From a bacterium (GTDB lineage: Bacteria; Patescibacteriota; Dojkabacteria; JAKAPS01; JAJZLI01): a stretch of DNA of 64,000 nucleotides. The notes beneath the pieces were generated by a model. The model saw only the letters and a program-made list of their open reading frames with translations. It ran no database searches and was not told the origin of the DNA. The stretch is from assembly GCA_021785355.1 (NCBI GenBank), contig JAJYFR010000001.1, forward strand, positions 135,096-199,095, written 5' to 3'. Shown here piece by piece: positions 30,805-40,844 of this stretch (position 1 is the first letter of the stretch; every line of letters starts with the position of its first letter). Position numbers and translations under genes: made by a program.

Positions 30805-31401
30805 TTATAAATTCAGAGATATATCAGTGAGTATTAATTTTTTTTGAACATTATTATTGATAGCTTTTTGAATGTCATTTATCTTTATTATCTTATCACT
30901 TAAATCACTAATCTCTTTATAGTTTTCCATTATATACGAAAAAAGATTTATTATAAAGTCTTCTTCATCTTCTACATTTATAATAAATTCTAATCTATCT
31001 TCAATTCTCATTTTTAGAAAACTTTTGATATCATATTTATTTTCTATTATATTATTATCTTTTATTAATATACATCTAGATTTTATAGTATCAAGTAATC
31101 TGTTGGAATTTTTTATAGCAAGAATCATAGTCGTGTCTTGATTGGTTTCCTCTAGTAATTTTAACATAGAGTTTTGAGCCTCAGATGTAATAGAATTTAT
31201 TTTTAGTAAAACAACTCTCTTATCTCCTGTAAATGACTTATATTTTAATTTATTTTTTATTTCAGAAATATCTTTTGTGAGAATTTTACCTTCAATATAT
31301 ATAAAATCAGGCTGAAATTTATTTTTTAAGTCAATAAATTTTTTAGTAAAATTTAGAATATCTTCTTCATTATTACTTTCATATATATAACTTTGTGCCA
31401 T
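30805..31401 (-). CDS. holB: DNA polymerase III delta' subunit-like, short form
   Basis: TSEAQNSMLKLLEE, LLDTIKSRC. Confidence 0.82.
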   Translation of the reverse strand: MAQSYIYESNNEEDILNFTKKFIDLKNKFQPDFIYIEGKILTKDISEIKNKLKYKSFTGDKRVVLLKINSITSEAQNSMLKLLEETNQDTTMILAIKNSNRLLDTIKSRCILIKDNNIIENKYDIKSFLKMRIEDRLEFIINVEDEEDFIINLFSYIMENYKEISDLSDKIIKINDIQKAINNNVQKKLILTDISLNL

Positions 31402-31464
31402 GATTGGATTCTATCATAAATCTAAGACCTTTAAAATTATCATATATTATTGTATAAAAGATAT

Positions 31465-33201
31465 ATGGATATATTAGATATATTAATATCTCAAAATAAA
31501 ATTTCTCAAGAACAAGGAAATCAGCTAAGAATTCAATCAATTAGTCAAAATATTAATATTGATGCTCTTATAAAGCAATCTGGACTTGTTCCTCAGAAAG
31601 ATTATTATATAGCTCAATCTGTTATGTATAATGTTCCTTTTAAAGATTTAGATGGAATTAGTACTATTCCAAGAGATATATTTAATTCAATTGATCAAAG
31701 AGAACTCTCTTCTAATAGTATACTACCTTTTGCGAAGGAGAGTGACGGTAGTATAGATCTTGCAATGAAGAATCCTTTGGATATTCAATTGATTCAATAT
31801 TTAGAAAATAAATATAATATAAAGATAAAACCTTTCTATTCTATTGCAGATGAGATCATTTCTATAATAAATGCTGAATCTTCTAAGCAGATAGAAAGTA
31901 ATGTTGTTGAAGATGTAGAAGCTGCAAATGTAGATTTTAATACAGAAGATATTACAGGAAATATTACAGATATCTCAGGAGAGATAGATGGTTCAATAGA
32001 AAATGCACCAATAGTAAAGATTCTTAATACCGTACTTGAATATTCTGTAAAATATAGAGCTTCAGATCTACATATAGAGCCCACAAAAAAATCTTTAAGA
32101 TTTAGATTAAGAATAGATGGACTTTTATATGAAAAACTTAATATACCAGTTAATCTCTCTCCAGCAATAATATCTAGAGTAAAGATTCTTTCAAATCTTA
32201 AAATAGAAGAAAAAAGATTACCTCAAGATGGAAGGTTTAATATAAAAGTGGGAAAAGAACTTATAGATTTAAGAGTCTCTTCTCTACCTACGGTTTATGG
32301 AGAGAAAATAGTGATTCGTTTTTTAAGAAAAAATGAATCAGTTTCAAATTTAGAAAATATTGGAATAGTAGGAGATGCATTTGAAGAATATAAAAAAGCA
32401 TTAAAACTTACAAGGGGTATAATTTTAATTACAGGACCAACAGGTTCAGGAAAAACTCAAACATTAGCAGCATCTTTATCATATATTAATAATCCAGTTG
32501 TAAATATTGTCACATTAGAAGATCCTGTAGAAATTGAAATAGATGGAGTTAATCAAGTTCAAATAAATCCAGATGCAGGATTAGATTTTGCAACAGGTTT
32601 AAGAGCTTTCTTAAGACAAGACCCAAATATAATAATGGTAGGAGAGGTTAGAGATGAAGAGACTGCAAGACTTGCAACTCAATCAGCTTTAACAGGACAT
32701 TTAGTCTTATCAACTATACATACAACTTCCGCAGCAGGAGCACTTCCTCGATTAATTGATATGGGCATAGAGGTATTTTTAATATCTTCTACAGTTGAAG
32801 TTATTGTTGCTCAAAGATTAGTTAGAAGAATATGTGATAGTTGTAAAAAAGATTATGTTCCTGAAGATTCTGTTATAAAGGATATTAAAAATATTTTCGA
32901 AAATACAAAGATAGATATATCTAAGTATTTAGAGAAAGATTCTTTACATATTGCAAAAGGAGAGGGATGTAATAAATGTAATAATACTGGGTATTTAGGT
33001 AGAATTGGTATATTTGAAGTATTGGTTGTCAATGAAGAGATAAGAAAATTAATATTAGAAAAGTCTTCAAGTGATCAAATCAATGATGTTGCATTGAAAT
33101 CAGGCATGGTATCGCTTATTCAAGATGGATATTTGAAAGTTTTAGATAAAATTACTACTATAGAAGAAGTATATAGAGTTGCAAAAGAAGATGTAGAATA
33201 A
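31465..33201 (+). CDS. pilB: Type IV pilus assembly ATPase PilB/GspE
   Basis: ASDLHIEP, RLPQDGR, GPTGSGKT, LRQDPNIIMVGEVRD, tetracysteine motif; ATG 31465 preferred over TTG 31450. Confidence 0.95.
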   Translation: MDILDILISQNKISQEQGNQLRIQSISQNINIDALIKQSGLVPQKDYYIAQSVMYNVPFKDLDGISTIPRDIFNSIDQRELSSNSILPFAKESDGSIDLAMKNPLDIQLIQYLENKYNIKIKPFYSIADEIISIINAESSKQIESNVVEDVEAANVDFNTEDITGNITDISGEIDGSIENAPIVKILNTVLEYSVKYRASDLHIEPTKKSLRFRLRIDGLLYEKLNIPVNLSPAIISRVKILSNLKIEEKRLPQDGRFNIKVGKELIDLRVSSLPTVYGEKIVIRFLRKNESVSNLENIGIVGDAFEEYKKALKLTRGIILITGPTGSGKTQTLAASLSYINNPVVNIVTLEDPVEIEIDGVNQVQINPDAGLDFATGLRAFLRQDPNIIMVGEVRDEETARLATQSALTGHLVLSTIHTTSAAGALPRLIDMGIEVFLISSTVEVIVAQRLVRRICDSCKKDYVPEDSVIKDIKNIFENTKIDISKYLEKDSLHIAKGEGCNKCNNTGYLGRIGIFEVLVVNEEIRKLILEKSSSDQINDVALKSGMVSLIQDGYLKVLDKITTIEEVYRVAKEDVE

Positions 33202-33203
33202 TT

Positions 33204-34262
33204 ATGAATATAGAAGATTTATTAAAATATACAATACAACACAATGCATCAGATTTACATCTTTCTGTGGGATACCCTCCTATTATAAGAGTTGATGGAT
33301 TATTACAAAATGTAAATAATGTTGTAATTGAAGAAGATAGTATAGAAATACTTTTAAATTCGATTCTTTCAGATTCACAAAAAGAATTTCTAGAAGTTAA
33401 TAAAGAAATAGATTTTTCATATGAATATAGAGAGACTAAAGATAGATTTAGAATTAATGTTTTTCATGAAAAAAGTCATCTTGCTGCAGCTTTTAGATTG
33501 ATTCCTTCAGCAATAAGAACTTTTGAGGAATTACAACTTCCAGATGTAATGCATAAATTCACTGCTCTTCCTCAGGGTTTAGTTCTAGTAACAGGTCCAA
33601 CAGGTCATGGAAAGTCAACTACTCTAGCTGCAATGATTCAAGAAATTAATTTAGGCTATGCAAAACACATAGTTACAATTGAGGATCCAATAGAATATGT
33701 TTATCCAAAAGGGAAATCTTTAGTTGATCAAAGAGAAATAGGAGAAGATACTCATTCTTGGGATATATCGTTGCGTAGTGTTTTGAGAGAAGATCCTGAT
33801 GTAGTACTTATAGGAGAAATGAGAGATTTTGAAACTATATCAGCTGCAATAACTATTGCTGAAACTGGTCATTTAGTTTTTGCAACATTGCATACTAATG
33901 GAGCTGTTCAAACAGTAGATAGAATAATAGATGTATTTCCTGAATTACAACAATCTCAAATACGTAGTCAACTTGCAGATATATTAGAAGGAATAATAGC
34001 TCAAAGATTGGTGCCTACAATAGGTGGAGGAAGAAGAGCTGTTTTAGAAGTAATGCTTGCAACTAGTGCTGTTAGGAATATTGTAAGAGAAGGAAAAACT
34101 TATCAGTTAGACAGTGTTATACAGACTAGTGGAGATTTAGGTATGATATCTTTAGAAAGATCATTAGTATCTTTAGTAAGAGAAGGTAAAATAACTATAG
34201 ATGAAGCTCAAAACTATTCATCTAAGCCAGATGAGGTATTAAGATTATTTAGAGGAAGATAA
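33204..34262 (+). CDS. pilT: Type IV pilus retraction ATPase PilT
   Basis: ASDLHL, GPTGHGKSTT, LREDPDV, AETGHLVFATLHT, AVRNIVRE. Confidence 0.97.
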   Translation: MNIEDLLKYTIQHNASDLHLSVGYPPIIRVDGLLQNVNNVVIEEDSIEILLNSILSDSQKEFLEVNKEIDFSYEYRETKDRFRINVFHEKSHLAAAFRLIPSAIRTFEELQLPDVMHKFTALPQGLVLVTGPTGHGKSTTLAAMIQEINLGYAKHIVTIEDPIEYVYPKGKSLVDQREIGEDTHSWDISLRSVLREDPDVVLIGEMRDFETISAAITIAETGHLVFATLHTNGAVQTVDRIIDVFPELQQSQIRSQLADILEGIIAQRLVPTIGGGRRAVLEVMLATSAVRNIVREGKTYQLDSVIQTSGDLGMISLERSLVSLVREGKITIDEAQNYSSKPDEVLRLFRGR

Positions 34263-34266
34263 TTTT

Positions 34267-35487
34267 ATGGCAAGTTTTACTTATCAAGCTTCTGATTCTG
34301 AAAATAAAATTGTAACAGGTGTAATAGATGCTGTAGATAAGAATGTTGTTGCAAGAAATCTTATTGATCAAGGTCTTACTCCAATAAGAATAAAAGATAA
34401 AAATTCTCTATCATTTTCTTCTTTAGGAGATTTAAATGCTATTAATATAGGTAAAATTCCAATAAAAGATAGAGTTATTTTTTTTAGACAACTTTCTGTA
34501 CTTATTACTTCAGGTATACCTATTGTTGAAGCAATAAATATATCAGCAAATCAAGTTACCAATAAAGGTTTGCACAATATATTATTAGAAGTTCAAAAAT
34601 CTGTTGAATCAGGAAAAAGTTTATCAGATTCTTTTTCTCCTTATAGTAAATTGTTTAGTAATATTCAAATACAACTTTTAAGAACGGCAGAAGCTTCAGG
34701 TTCTCTAGATTATATTTTAGATAGAATTGCAACTGATGTTGAGAATCAAAGTAGATTACTTTCGAAATTTAAAGGTGCAATGATATATCCTATATTGGTA
34801 GTTCTAGTAGCTATAGCAGTTATAGGATTAGTCCTTACTCAAATGATTCCTCCAATGAAGAATTTATATGAAAGTTTTCATGCAACTCTTCCTTGGCCAA
34901 CGTTATTTGTTATTAATTTAAGCAATTTTTTTATATCTTATTGGATATATATATTGATAGTTTTAATAATAATAATTTTTGTAATTTTTTTATACACAAG
35001 ATCAACTGCAGGTAAAAAAACTATAGATATTCTTATTATTAAGACACCAATTTTAGGGAATTTAATAAAAAAAATACAAATAGTAGATTTTGGGAAGACT
35101 TTTATTTTACTTAATAAAGCTGGAGTTCCTCTAGTACAAGGATTGAATCTTATTGCAGATTCCCTATCCAATACTTTATTCAAGGAAACTTTAAAACAAG
35201 TATCTCAAGAGGTAGAAAAAGGAAGATCATTAGGAGAGGTGATGTCTCAGTATGATATATATCCCCCACTTTTATGGAGAATGATAAGTATTGGAGAAGA
35301 AACGGGAAATATGGAAGGAGTTGTATCGAAAGTTGTAGATTATTTTGAAGAAGAAACAAATAATCTTATAGAAAATTTATCTAAATTATTAGAACCTATT
35401 ATAACTATATTTTTAGGAGTAATAGTTGGATTTATAGGAGTTGCTGTATATTTACCTATCTATACTTTAGGTAATGTTATAAAGTAA
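34267..35487 (+). CDS. pilC: Type IV pilus platform protein PilC/GspF
   Basis: FFRQLS, AMIYP, GEETG, LLEP. Confidence 0.95.
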   Translation: MASFTYQASDSENKIVTGVIDAVDKNVVARNLIDQGLTPIRIKDKNSLSFSSLGDLNAINIGKIPIKDRVIFFRQLSVLITSGIPIVEAINISANQVTNKGLHNILLEVQKSVESGKSLSDSFSPYSKLFSNIQIQLLRTAEASGSLDYILDRIATDVENQSRLLSKFKGAMIYPILVVLVAIAVIGLVLTQMIPPMKNLYESFHATLPWPTLFVINLSNFFISYWIYILIVLIIIIFVIFLYTRSTAGKKTIDILIIKTPILGNLIKKIQIVDFGKTFILLNKAGVPLVQGLNLIADSLSNTLFKETLKQVSQEVEKGRSLGEVMSQYDIYPPLLWRMISIGEETGNMEGVVSKVVDYFEEETNNLIENLSKLLEPIITIFLGVIVGFIGVAVYLPIYTLGNVIK

Positions 35488-35499
35488 TTTGGGTGTGTA

Positions 35500-35527
35500 T
35501 TGACAAATAATATAGTCATAGTATTAT
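35500..35527 (+). promoter_or_regulatory. Internal promoter for the major pilin
   Basis: TTGACA-16 nt-TATTAT in the 70-bp pilC-pilin spacer. Confidence 0.5.
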
Positions 35528-35557
35528 TAGATTAATAAAATTATTTTTTAAATATTT

Positions 35558-36184
35558 ATGTTAAAAATTAACAGAAAAGGTTTTACATTGGTAGAGTTAC
35601 TTATTGTGATGGCAATAATAGGTATACTTATTGCTGTTGCTATTGTAGGTTTAGGTTCTGCTCAAGCTGATGCTAGAAATAATGCAAGACAAACTTCGGT
35701 TAAGGGTATTGCAGGTTTATTAGAAACTTATTATGGTACAAATGGTCAATCTTATCCTGCTTCGGTAGAAACTACAGGAACTAATCAAGACGTAACTTTT
35801 GTATCTTCAGGAGGAAGTGTATACAGTACAAATTCTAGCTTATGTAAGGCAACTATAGATCCATTAGCTCCTGGAAATATTCCTACATTTAATGGAACTA
35901 GTTGTAATGGTACACAAGTCGCATTTGTCAATGATTCTGGAGGTGGAGGTGCAGGTGTTAGTAATAATACAGGTACTCAATATATTTATGTACCATATGT
36001 TAATGGCCAGTCTGTTGGATTTGGAATTACTCCAACTTCAAGTGTAACAGGTTATCTTGTTGGAGCATGTTTAGAAAATAGTACAATTTTCGTTTATACT
36101 TCAAATGGATCTAATGCTCCATATACACAAGTAAGTCCTAATGTTATTAGGTTTCCAAATGGGAATACTTATACTTGTAATTAA
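35558..36184 (+). CDS. Type IV pilin (probable major pilin)
   Basis: Class III signal RKG|FTLVELLIV; 4 Cys; Ser/Thr/Gly rich. Confidence 0.92.
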   Translation: MLKINRKGFTLVELLIVMAIIGILIAVAIVGLGSAQADARNNARQTSVKGIAGLLETYYGTNGQSYPASVETTGTNQDVTFVSSGGSVYSTNSSLCKATIDPLAPGNIPTFNGTSCNGTQVAFVNDSGGGGAGVSNNTGTQYIYVPYVNGQSVGFGITPTSSVTGYLVGACLENSTIFVYTSNGSNAPYTQVSPNVIRFPNGNTYTCN

Positions 36185-36217
36185 TTATTAGGTTAGGTTT
36201 ATTTAGTATTGTTTTCT

Positions 36218-37030
36218 ATGCTTGAGTTGGTAATTTCGTTATTCTCATTTTTTTTAGGTGCTATTGTTGGTAGTTTTTTAAATGCTTTAGTTTATAGGAT
36301 AAGAAATGGAATAGATTTTGTTTTTGAAAGATCTGAATGTATTTATTGTAAACATAAATTATCCCCTTTAGATCTAGTTCCTATATTTAGTTTTATTTTC
36401 CTTAGAGGAAAGTGTAGATACTGTAAGAAAAATATACATTTAAGATATTTTGTTTTTGAAATTATTACAGGAGTAAGTTTCCTACTTTATTTTTTATATT
36501 TTCCTTTTAGTTATAATACCTCCTCTACTTCATTAGTATATGTGAATATAATATATTATTTAATTTTGATTTGTATATTTTTATATATAGGTTTATATGA
36601 TTATCTATATTACGAGATTTCAGATAAATTAATATTATTTAGTAGTATATTTGTACTGATTTATTTTATATATGGTTGGTTCTCTGGCAGTTTCTCTTTT
36701 TACCAAATTATCGGGAATATCGCTGTAGGTGTGGCTGTATTTATGATATTTTTATTTATAATTCTACTAACGAAGGGTAAAGGTATGGGAGGAGGAGATA
36801 TGAAACTTGTTTTTATGATTGGCTTAATTTTAGGTTATCCTGCAATATTATATGTTCTTTTCTTTTCTTTTCTTATAGGTTCAATTGTAGGAATTCTTTT
36901 AATAATAATTAAAAGTAAAAGTATTAAATCTAGTATACCTTTTGCACCTTTCTTGTCTTTGAGTGTCATATTATATATAATTTTTGGTACATATGTATCT
37001 AATTTTATGACATATATTTTTTTAAGGTGA
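36218..37030 (+). CDS. pilD: Prepilin peptidase
   Basis: GSFLN, RSECIYC, RGKCRYC, GMGGGDMKL, IPFAPFL. Confidence 0.96.
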   Translation: MLELVISLFSFFLGAIVGSFLNALVYRIRNGIDFVFERSECIYCKHKLSPLDLVPIFSFIFLRGKCRYCKKNIHLRYFVFEIITGVSFLLYFLYFPFSYNTSSTSLVYVNIIYYLILICIFLYIGLYDYLYYEISDKLILFSSIFVLIYFIYGWFSGSFSFYQIIGNIAVGVAVFMIFLFIILLTKGKGMGGGDMKLVFMIGLILGYPAILYVLFFSFLIGSIVGILLIIIKSKSIKSSIPFAPFLSLSVILYIIFGTYVSNFMTYIFLR

Positions 37031-37692
37031 ATAATAAAGGTTTCACACTTGTAGAGTTGTTAATAGTGATAGCAATATCGGTATTAATAATAGGGTTAGC
37101 TATAGTTGGTTCAAATTCTACTCAATCTCAAAATATACTTTTCTCTTCTGCGCAAAAATTGGAATCTAATATCCAATTAATGAAAACGGATGCAACTTCA
37201 AGTATTACTCAATTTTCTGGTTTTAATTATAATGATACACCTGAAATTATATATGGGTTTTTTATATTGCCAGCAAATTCAATTACTCAATTTTGTAGTA
37301 ATAATTGTAATGGATATGTTTTAGGAATATTGGTTAATGATGCTCCCCCCTCTACTCCCCCATGTTCTATTCAATATGATTTAAATAATTGTAATACAAT
37401 GTTCTCTTATGTTGGAGGAATAGTGTTGAACTCTATATATTTATATTATCATCAATTTCAGCCAGGGGTAACTATGTCTTTGTGTAATCCTGCTAGTACT
37501 ACTACTTGTAATAATTATTTTCCTTTGTTTCAAGAATTAAATGGAAATATTTCTTTATATAATACAAATTCTCCATTTAATACTTATGCAGGTAATTCTT
37601 CTTGGTATTTATCATATGAAAATTATTATATTCCTGTTAATTTTGATACTCAAGGTAATACATTTAGTTTAGGTAAAATAACTAATGGATAA
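37027..37692 (+). CDS. Minor pilin
   Basis: NKG|FTLVELLIV; Cys-rich C-terminal domain. Confidence 0.88.
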   Translation: MNNKGFTLVELLIVIAISVLIIGLAIVGSNSTQSQNILFSSAQKLESNIQLMKTDATSSITQFSGFNYNDTPEIIYGFFILPANSITQFCSNNCNGYVLGILVNDAPPSTPPCSIQYDLNNCNTMFSYVGGIVLNSIYLYYHQFQPGVTMSLCNPASTTTCNNYFPLFQELNGNISLYNTNSPFNTYAGNSSWYLSYENYYIPVNFDTQGNTFSLGKITNG

Positions 37693-38326
37693 AAAAATTA
37701 TAAACAAAAAAGGATTCTCCTTAATAGAAATACTTATAACTATAATGTTTTTAGGATTTCTTTTTTTAGCTGTACTTGAGTCAGAAGCACTTGCTATAAA
37801 AGGTAATTATCAGAATACATATAATTTATATGCAAAACAAGTAGTATCTCTAGAATTATCTTATGCACATACTTGGTTAGAAGAAGGAAATTATAATTCA
37901 ACTAACAAATTTATTTCTTGTGGAATAAATTTTGGAAATCATTCTACTCCTTCTACTTCTACTCCATCTAATTGTCTTTCAATTGGAAAAATAAATAATG
38001 AAATTAATCAATTTCAATATAGTTCTTACAGTGAAATACCTAATAATGCAGGAATATTCTTATATATTTCACAGCCAACATCTTCTGGTTCTTCTGGATG
38101 TTTGTTGACTGTAAATGCCTATGTATTATGGAATCTATCTGCACCTGGAATACCTTTTAATATACAAGGATATAATTATGGTCAGGCATCTGCTCTTTAT
38201 AGTTATTTTAATAATAATTCAACTGAATTGTATAACTATAGTCATAACTATACAATTCAAAACTTAAATACGTACAATAATTTATTATATGAAACTGATA
38301 ATATAAGTTTACTTTCTTCTTGCTGA
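37685..38326 (+). CDS. Minor pilin
   Basis: KKG|FSLIEILI. Confidence 0.88.
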   Translation: MDKKIINKKGFSLIEILITIMFLGFLFLAVLESEALAIKGNYQNTYNLYAKQVVSLELSYAHTWLEEGNYNSTNKFISCGINFGNHSTPSTSTPSNCLSIGKINNEINQFQYSSYSEIPNNAGIFLYISQPTSSGSSGCLLTVNAYVLWNLSAPGIPFNIQGYNYGQASALYSYFNNNSTELYNYSHNYTIQNLNTYNNLLYETDNISLLSSC

Positions 38327-38328
38327 TT

Positions 38329-38967
38329 ATGATTAAATTGTTTAGAAATAAAAAAGGATTTTCATTAATAGAAACTTTAGTTGTTCTAGCAATATTTGCA
38401 TCTTTGTCATATATGATAATGCAGTCTTATACTAGTACTATCACTTATACTACGGGTATTCAAAATGAGATAAAAGTACAAAATGATCTTACATATACAA
38501 TGAGCTCATTAAGAAGAGAGATAAGAGTTGCTGCTTCTGTATCTCCTAATATTAATGTAAATGGATGCTCTTATATGGGTACTTCTATTATAGGTGAGTG
38601 TAATAGTATTGGTCAATTAAGTATATTAGATGCTTCAGGTTCTACTATAGGAAGTATTAGTCTGAGTAGTAGTAATAATCTTAGATACAATGCTTCAGGT
38701 TCTACTACTTCCGTGCCTCTTAATTCTTCTTCTGTTAGTATTAAATCTGTATATTTTTTTTATGATAATTATGATTATACAGGAGCGCCTTCATATTCAG
38801 CGAGTTCATCATACACTTTACCTTATTTAAATATTATTATTATTGGATGCTATACTAGTAGTAATAATTCTTTATCAAATATAGTATTTGCTAATACTAG
38901 TAATAATACTTGTTTACCTCTTTTTGGCTCTGCTACAGAAGAAAATTACATATATAATGGAAGTTGA
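38329..38967 (+). CDS. Minor pilin
   Basis: KKG|FSLIETLV; REIR motif seen in PilW/PulJ-like pilins. Confidence 0.88.
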   Translation: MIKLFRNKKGFSLIETLVVLAIFASLSYMIMQSYTSTITYTTGIQNEIKVQNDLTYTMSSLRREIRVAASVSPNINVNGCSYMGTSIIGECNSIGQLSILDASGSTIGSISLSSSNNLRYNASGSTTSVPLNSSSVSIKSVYFFYDNYDYTGAPSYSASSSYTLPYLNIIIIGCYTSSNNSLSNIVFANTSNNTCLPLFGSATEENYIYNGS

Positions 38968-39000
38968 ATTATTTTATTATATTAGCTATATTAAGTGTAT

Positions 39001-40434
39001 ATGAAACTTATAAAATTTAAAAATTTATTAATAATATTTTTACTCTTTATTATAGTTTTTTCTATATATGCATATATAGGTAAGATAGATTTATTTGCTC
39101 AAACTACATCTTCTTATGGGACTTGGACTAAAATTAGTTATAGTAATTATAGTCCATCACCTTCCATTATAGATAATCAAGTATCTACAAGTGTTACAGA
39201 TACTCATACATATGGTTATAATTATTCCTGTGTAGGTGGTACAGGTAGTGATGTTGGTGTCTGTTCAGGATCTGCTCCAACTTCTTCTAATAATTCTACA
39301 ACTTGTACCTCTACATTATCACCTACTTTTCATGGTCTTCAATCAAATAGCTCAGTAAATGATTGTTATAATCAGTCAATAACTGTTGTTCCGAGGTATG
39401 GTAAGTATTCTATTAGTGTTGCTCAAGTTACACCTAATAATGATGGAAATAGATTTTATATAGAAGAGCATAATTATAATACATGGCTTAATTCTACTCC
39501 TCAAGGAATAGAATATAGTGTATCTGTTACATGTACACCAGGTGGATGGAAGAACGCTTGTAATCCTAATTATAGTTCAGGGGATATAAATGTAGAGCTA
39601 AGTTCATCTCCATCTTCTTGGTTAAGTTTTTCTCAAGGAGCTCTAGCTACTACAGAATCTATTTCTTGTTCTACTAATTGTCAAGAAGATTTTGTTGTAT
39701 ATCCTTACTTTAATCAATCTGGATTACCTGCAGGTTTATATATTACAAATAGTATTAATGTTTGTTATTCAAATAATACGAGTACTTATTGTAGTTCTCC
39801 TTCTCCATTAAACCTTAATTCTTCTAATTCTTCATATACATCTATAGGTGCAAGTGTTTCTAGTCAATTACCTTCTTTGAGAGTATATGCTTCTTGGATA
39901 CGAAGTACAGGAGGTGGAAATACTTATTCTTCTGGAGGTTACCAAATTGCAAATTTTAGTCATAATAGTTTTTCTCCTACTACATTTTCTGATGGATTAA
40001 TTGAGAATACTAATTCTTCTAATTTTCTAAATACTCCTGGAAGTAATATGATACCCTCCTATAATTCAATGTTATTGTTAAATAATAATCCTATATATAA
40101 TTTTAATTTTTTTGCCACATTGTATTGTCAGTATAATGCTGTATGTAATAATAGTAGTAATAATTTGTATAGTAATGGTATTTTGCAATCTCATAACATA
40201 CAAACATCTAATTCTAGTGTATCTGGAGTTAATTGGTATTTTTATAATGGAACTACTACTATAACTCCTAATCCTCCACCAAATAGTATTATACTTGTTT
40301 ATGGAGATGCTAATATTGAGAGTAATATTAGTAATAGTCCCCTTGTTATTTCTTCTGGAAATATAAATATTTGGTCCTCTGTTAACCAGGTAAATGCATT
40401 TTTAATGGCAATGGGACAAGTTGTAATAAATTAA
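39001..40434 (+). CDS. Secreted Ser/Asn/Cys-rich protein, candidate pilus-associated adhesin
   Basis: N-terminal TM or signal, many Cys, beta-rich C-terminus (ILVYGDANIES, ISSGNINI); inside T4P operon. Confidence 0.6.
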   Translation: MKLIKFKNLLIIFLLFIIVFSIYAYIGKIDLFAQTTSSYGTWTKISYSNYSPSPSIIDNQVSTSVTDTHTYGYNYSCVGGTGSDVGVCSGSAPTSSNNSTTCTSTLSPTFHGLQSNSSVNDCYNQSITVVPRYGKYSISVAQVTPNNDGNRFYIEEHNYNTWLNSTPQGIEYSVSVTCTPGGWKNACNPNYSSGDINVELSSSPSSWLSFSQGALATTESISCSTNCQEDFVVYPYFNQSGLPAGLYITNSINVCYSNNTSTYCSSPSPLNLNSSNSSYTSIGASVSSQLPSLRVYASWIRSTGGGNTYSSGGYQIANFSHNSFSPTTFSDGLIENTNSSNFLNTPGSNMIPSYNSMLLLNNNPIYNFNFFATLYCQYNAVCNNSSNNLYSNGILQSHNIQTSNSSVSGVNWYFYNGTTTITPNPPPNSIILVYGDANIESNISNSPLVISSGNINIWSSVNQVNAFLMAMGQVVIN

Positions 40435-40453
40435 TATTTTATAAAAATAAAAA

Positions 40454-40840
40454 ATGGAAAAGAAAAAAATTTTAATAGTTGAAGATGAGGAGGCTTTAGT
40501 AGAGCTTTATAAAGAGATTTTGGAAGATTCTGGCTTTGACGTAAAGTTTGCATATAGTGGGGATGAAGGTGCTGAAATGGCTGCTAAAGAAAAATTTGAT
40601 TTAATACTCTTAGATCTGATGCTTCCTACAGGCTCAATGAATGGAACATATGTTTTATCTTTAATAAAAGGAGATAAAGATAAATATGGAGAACCTATTG
40701 TTGTTGTATTAACAAATCTTACAAGTGAAGTCGTAATTAGAGATGTTTTAGAACAAAAAGCTGATGGTTTTTTGATGAAAACAGAACTTACTCCAGAGCA
40801 AGTTGTAAAAGAAGTTAAAAATTATTTATCAATGCAATAA
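40454..40840 (+). CDS. Single-domain response regulator
   Basis: ILIVEDE, DLILLDLMLP, LTNL, MKT. Confidence 0.95.
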   Translation: MEKKKILIVEDEEALVELYKEILEDSGFDVKFAYSGDEGAEMAAKEKFDLILLDLMLPTGSMNGTYVLSLIKGDKDKYGEPIVVVLTNLTSEVVIRDVLEQKADGFLMKTELTPEQVVKEVKNYLSMQ

Positions 40841-40844
40841 AAAT

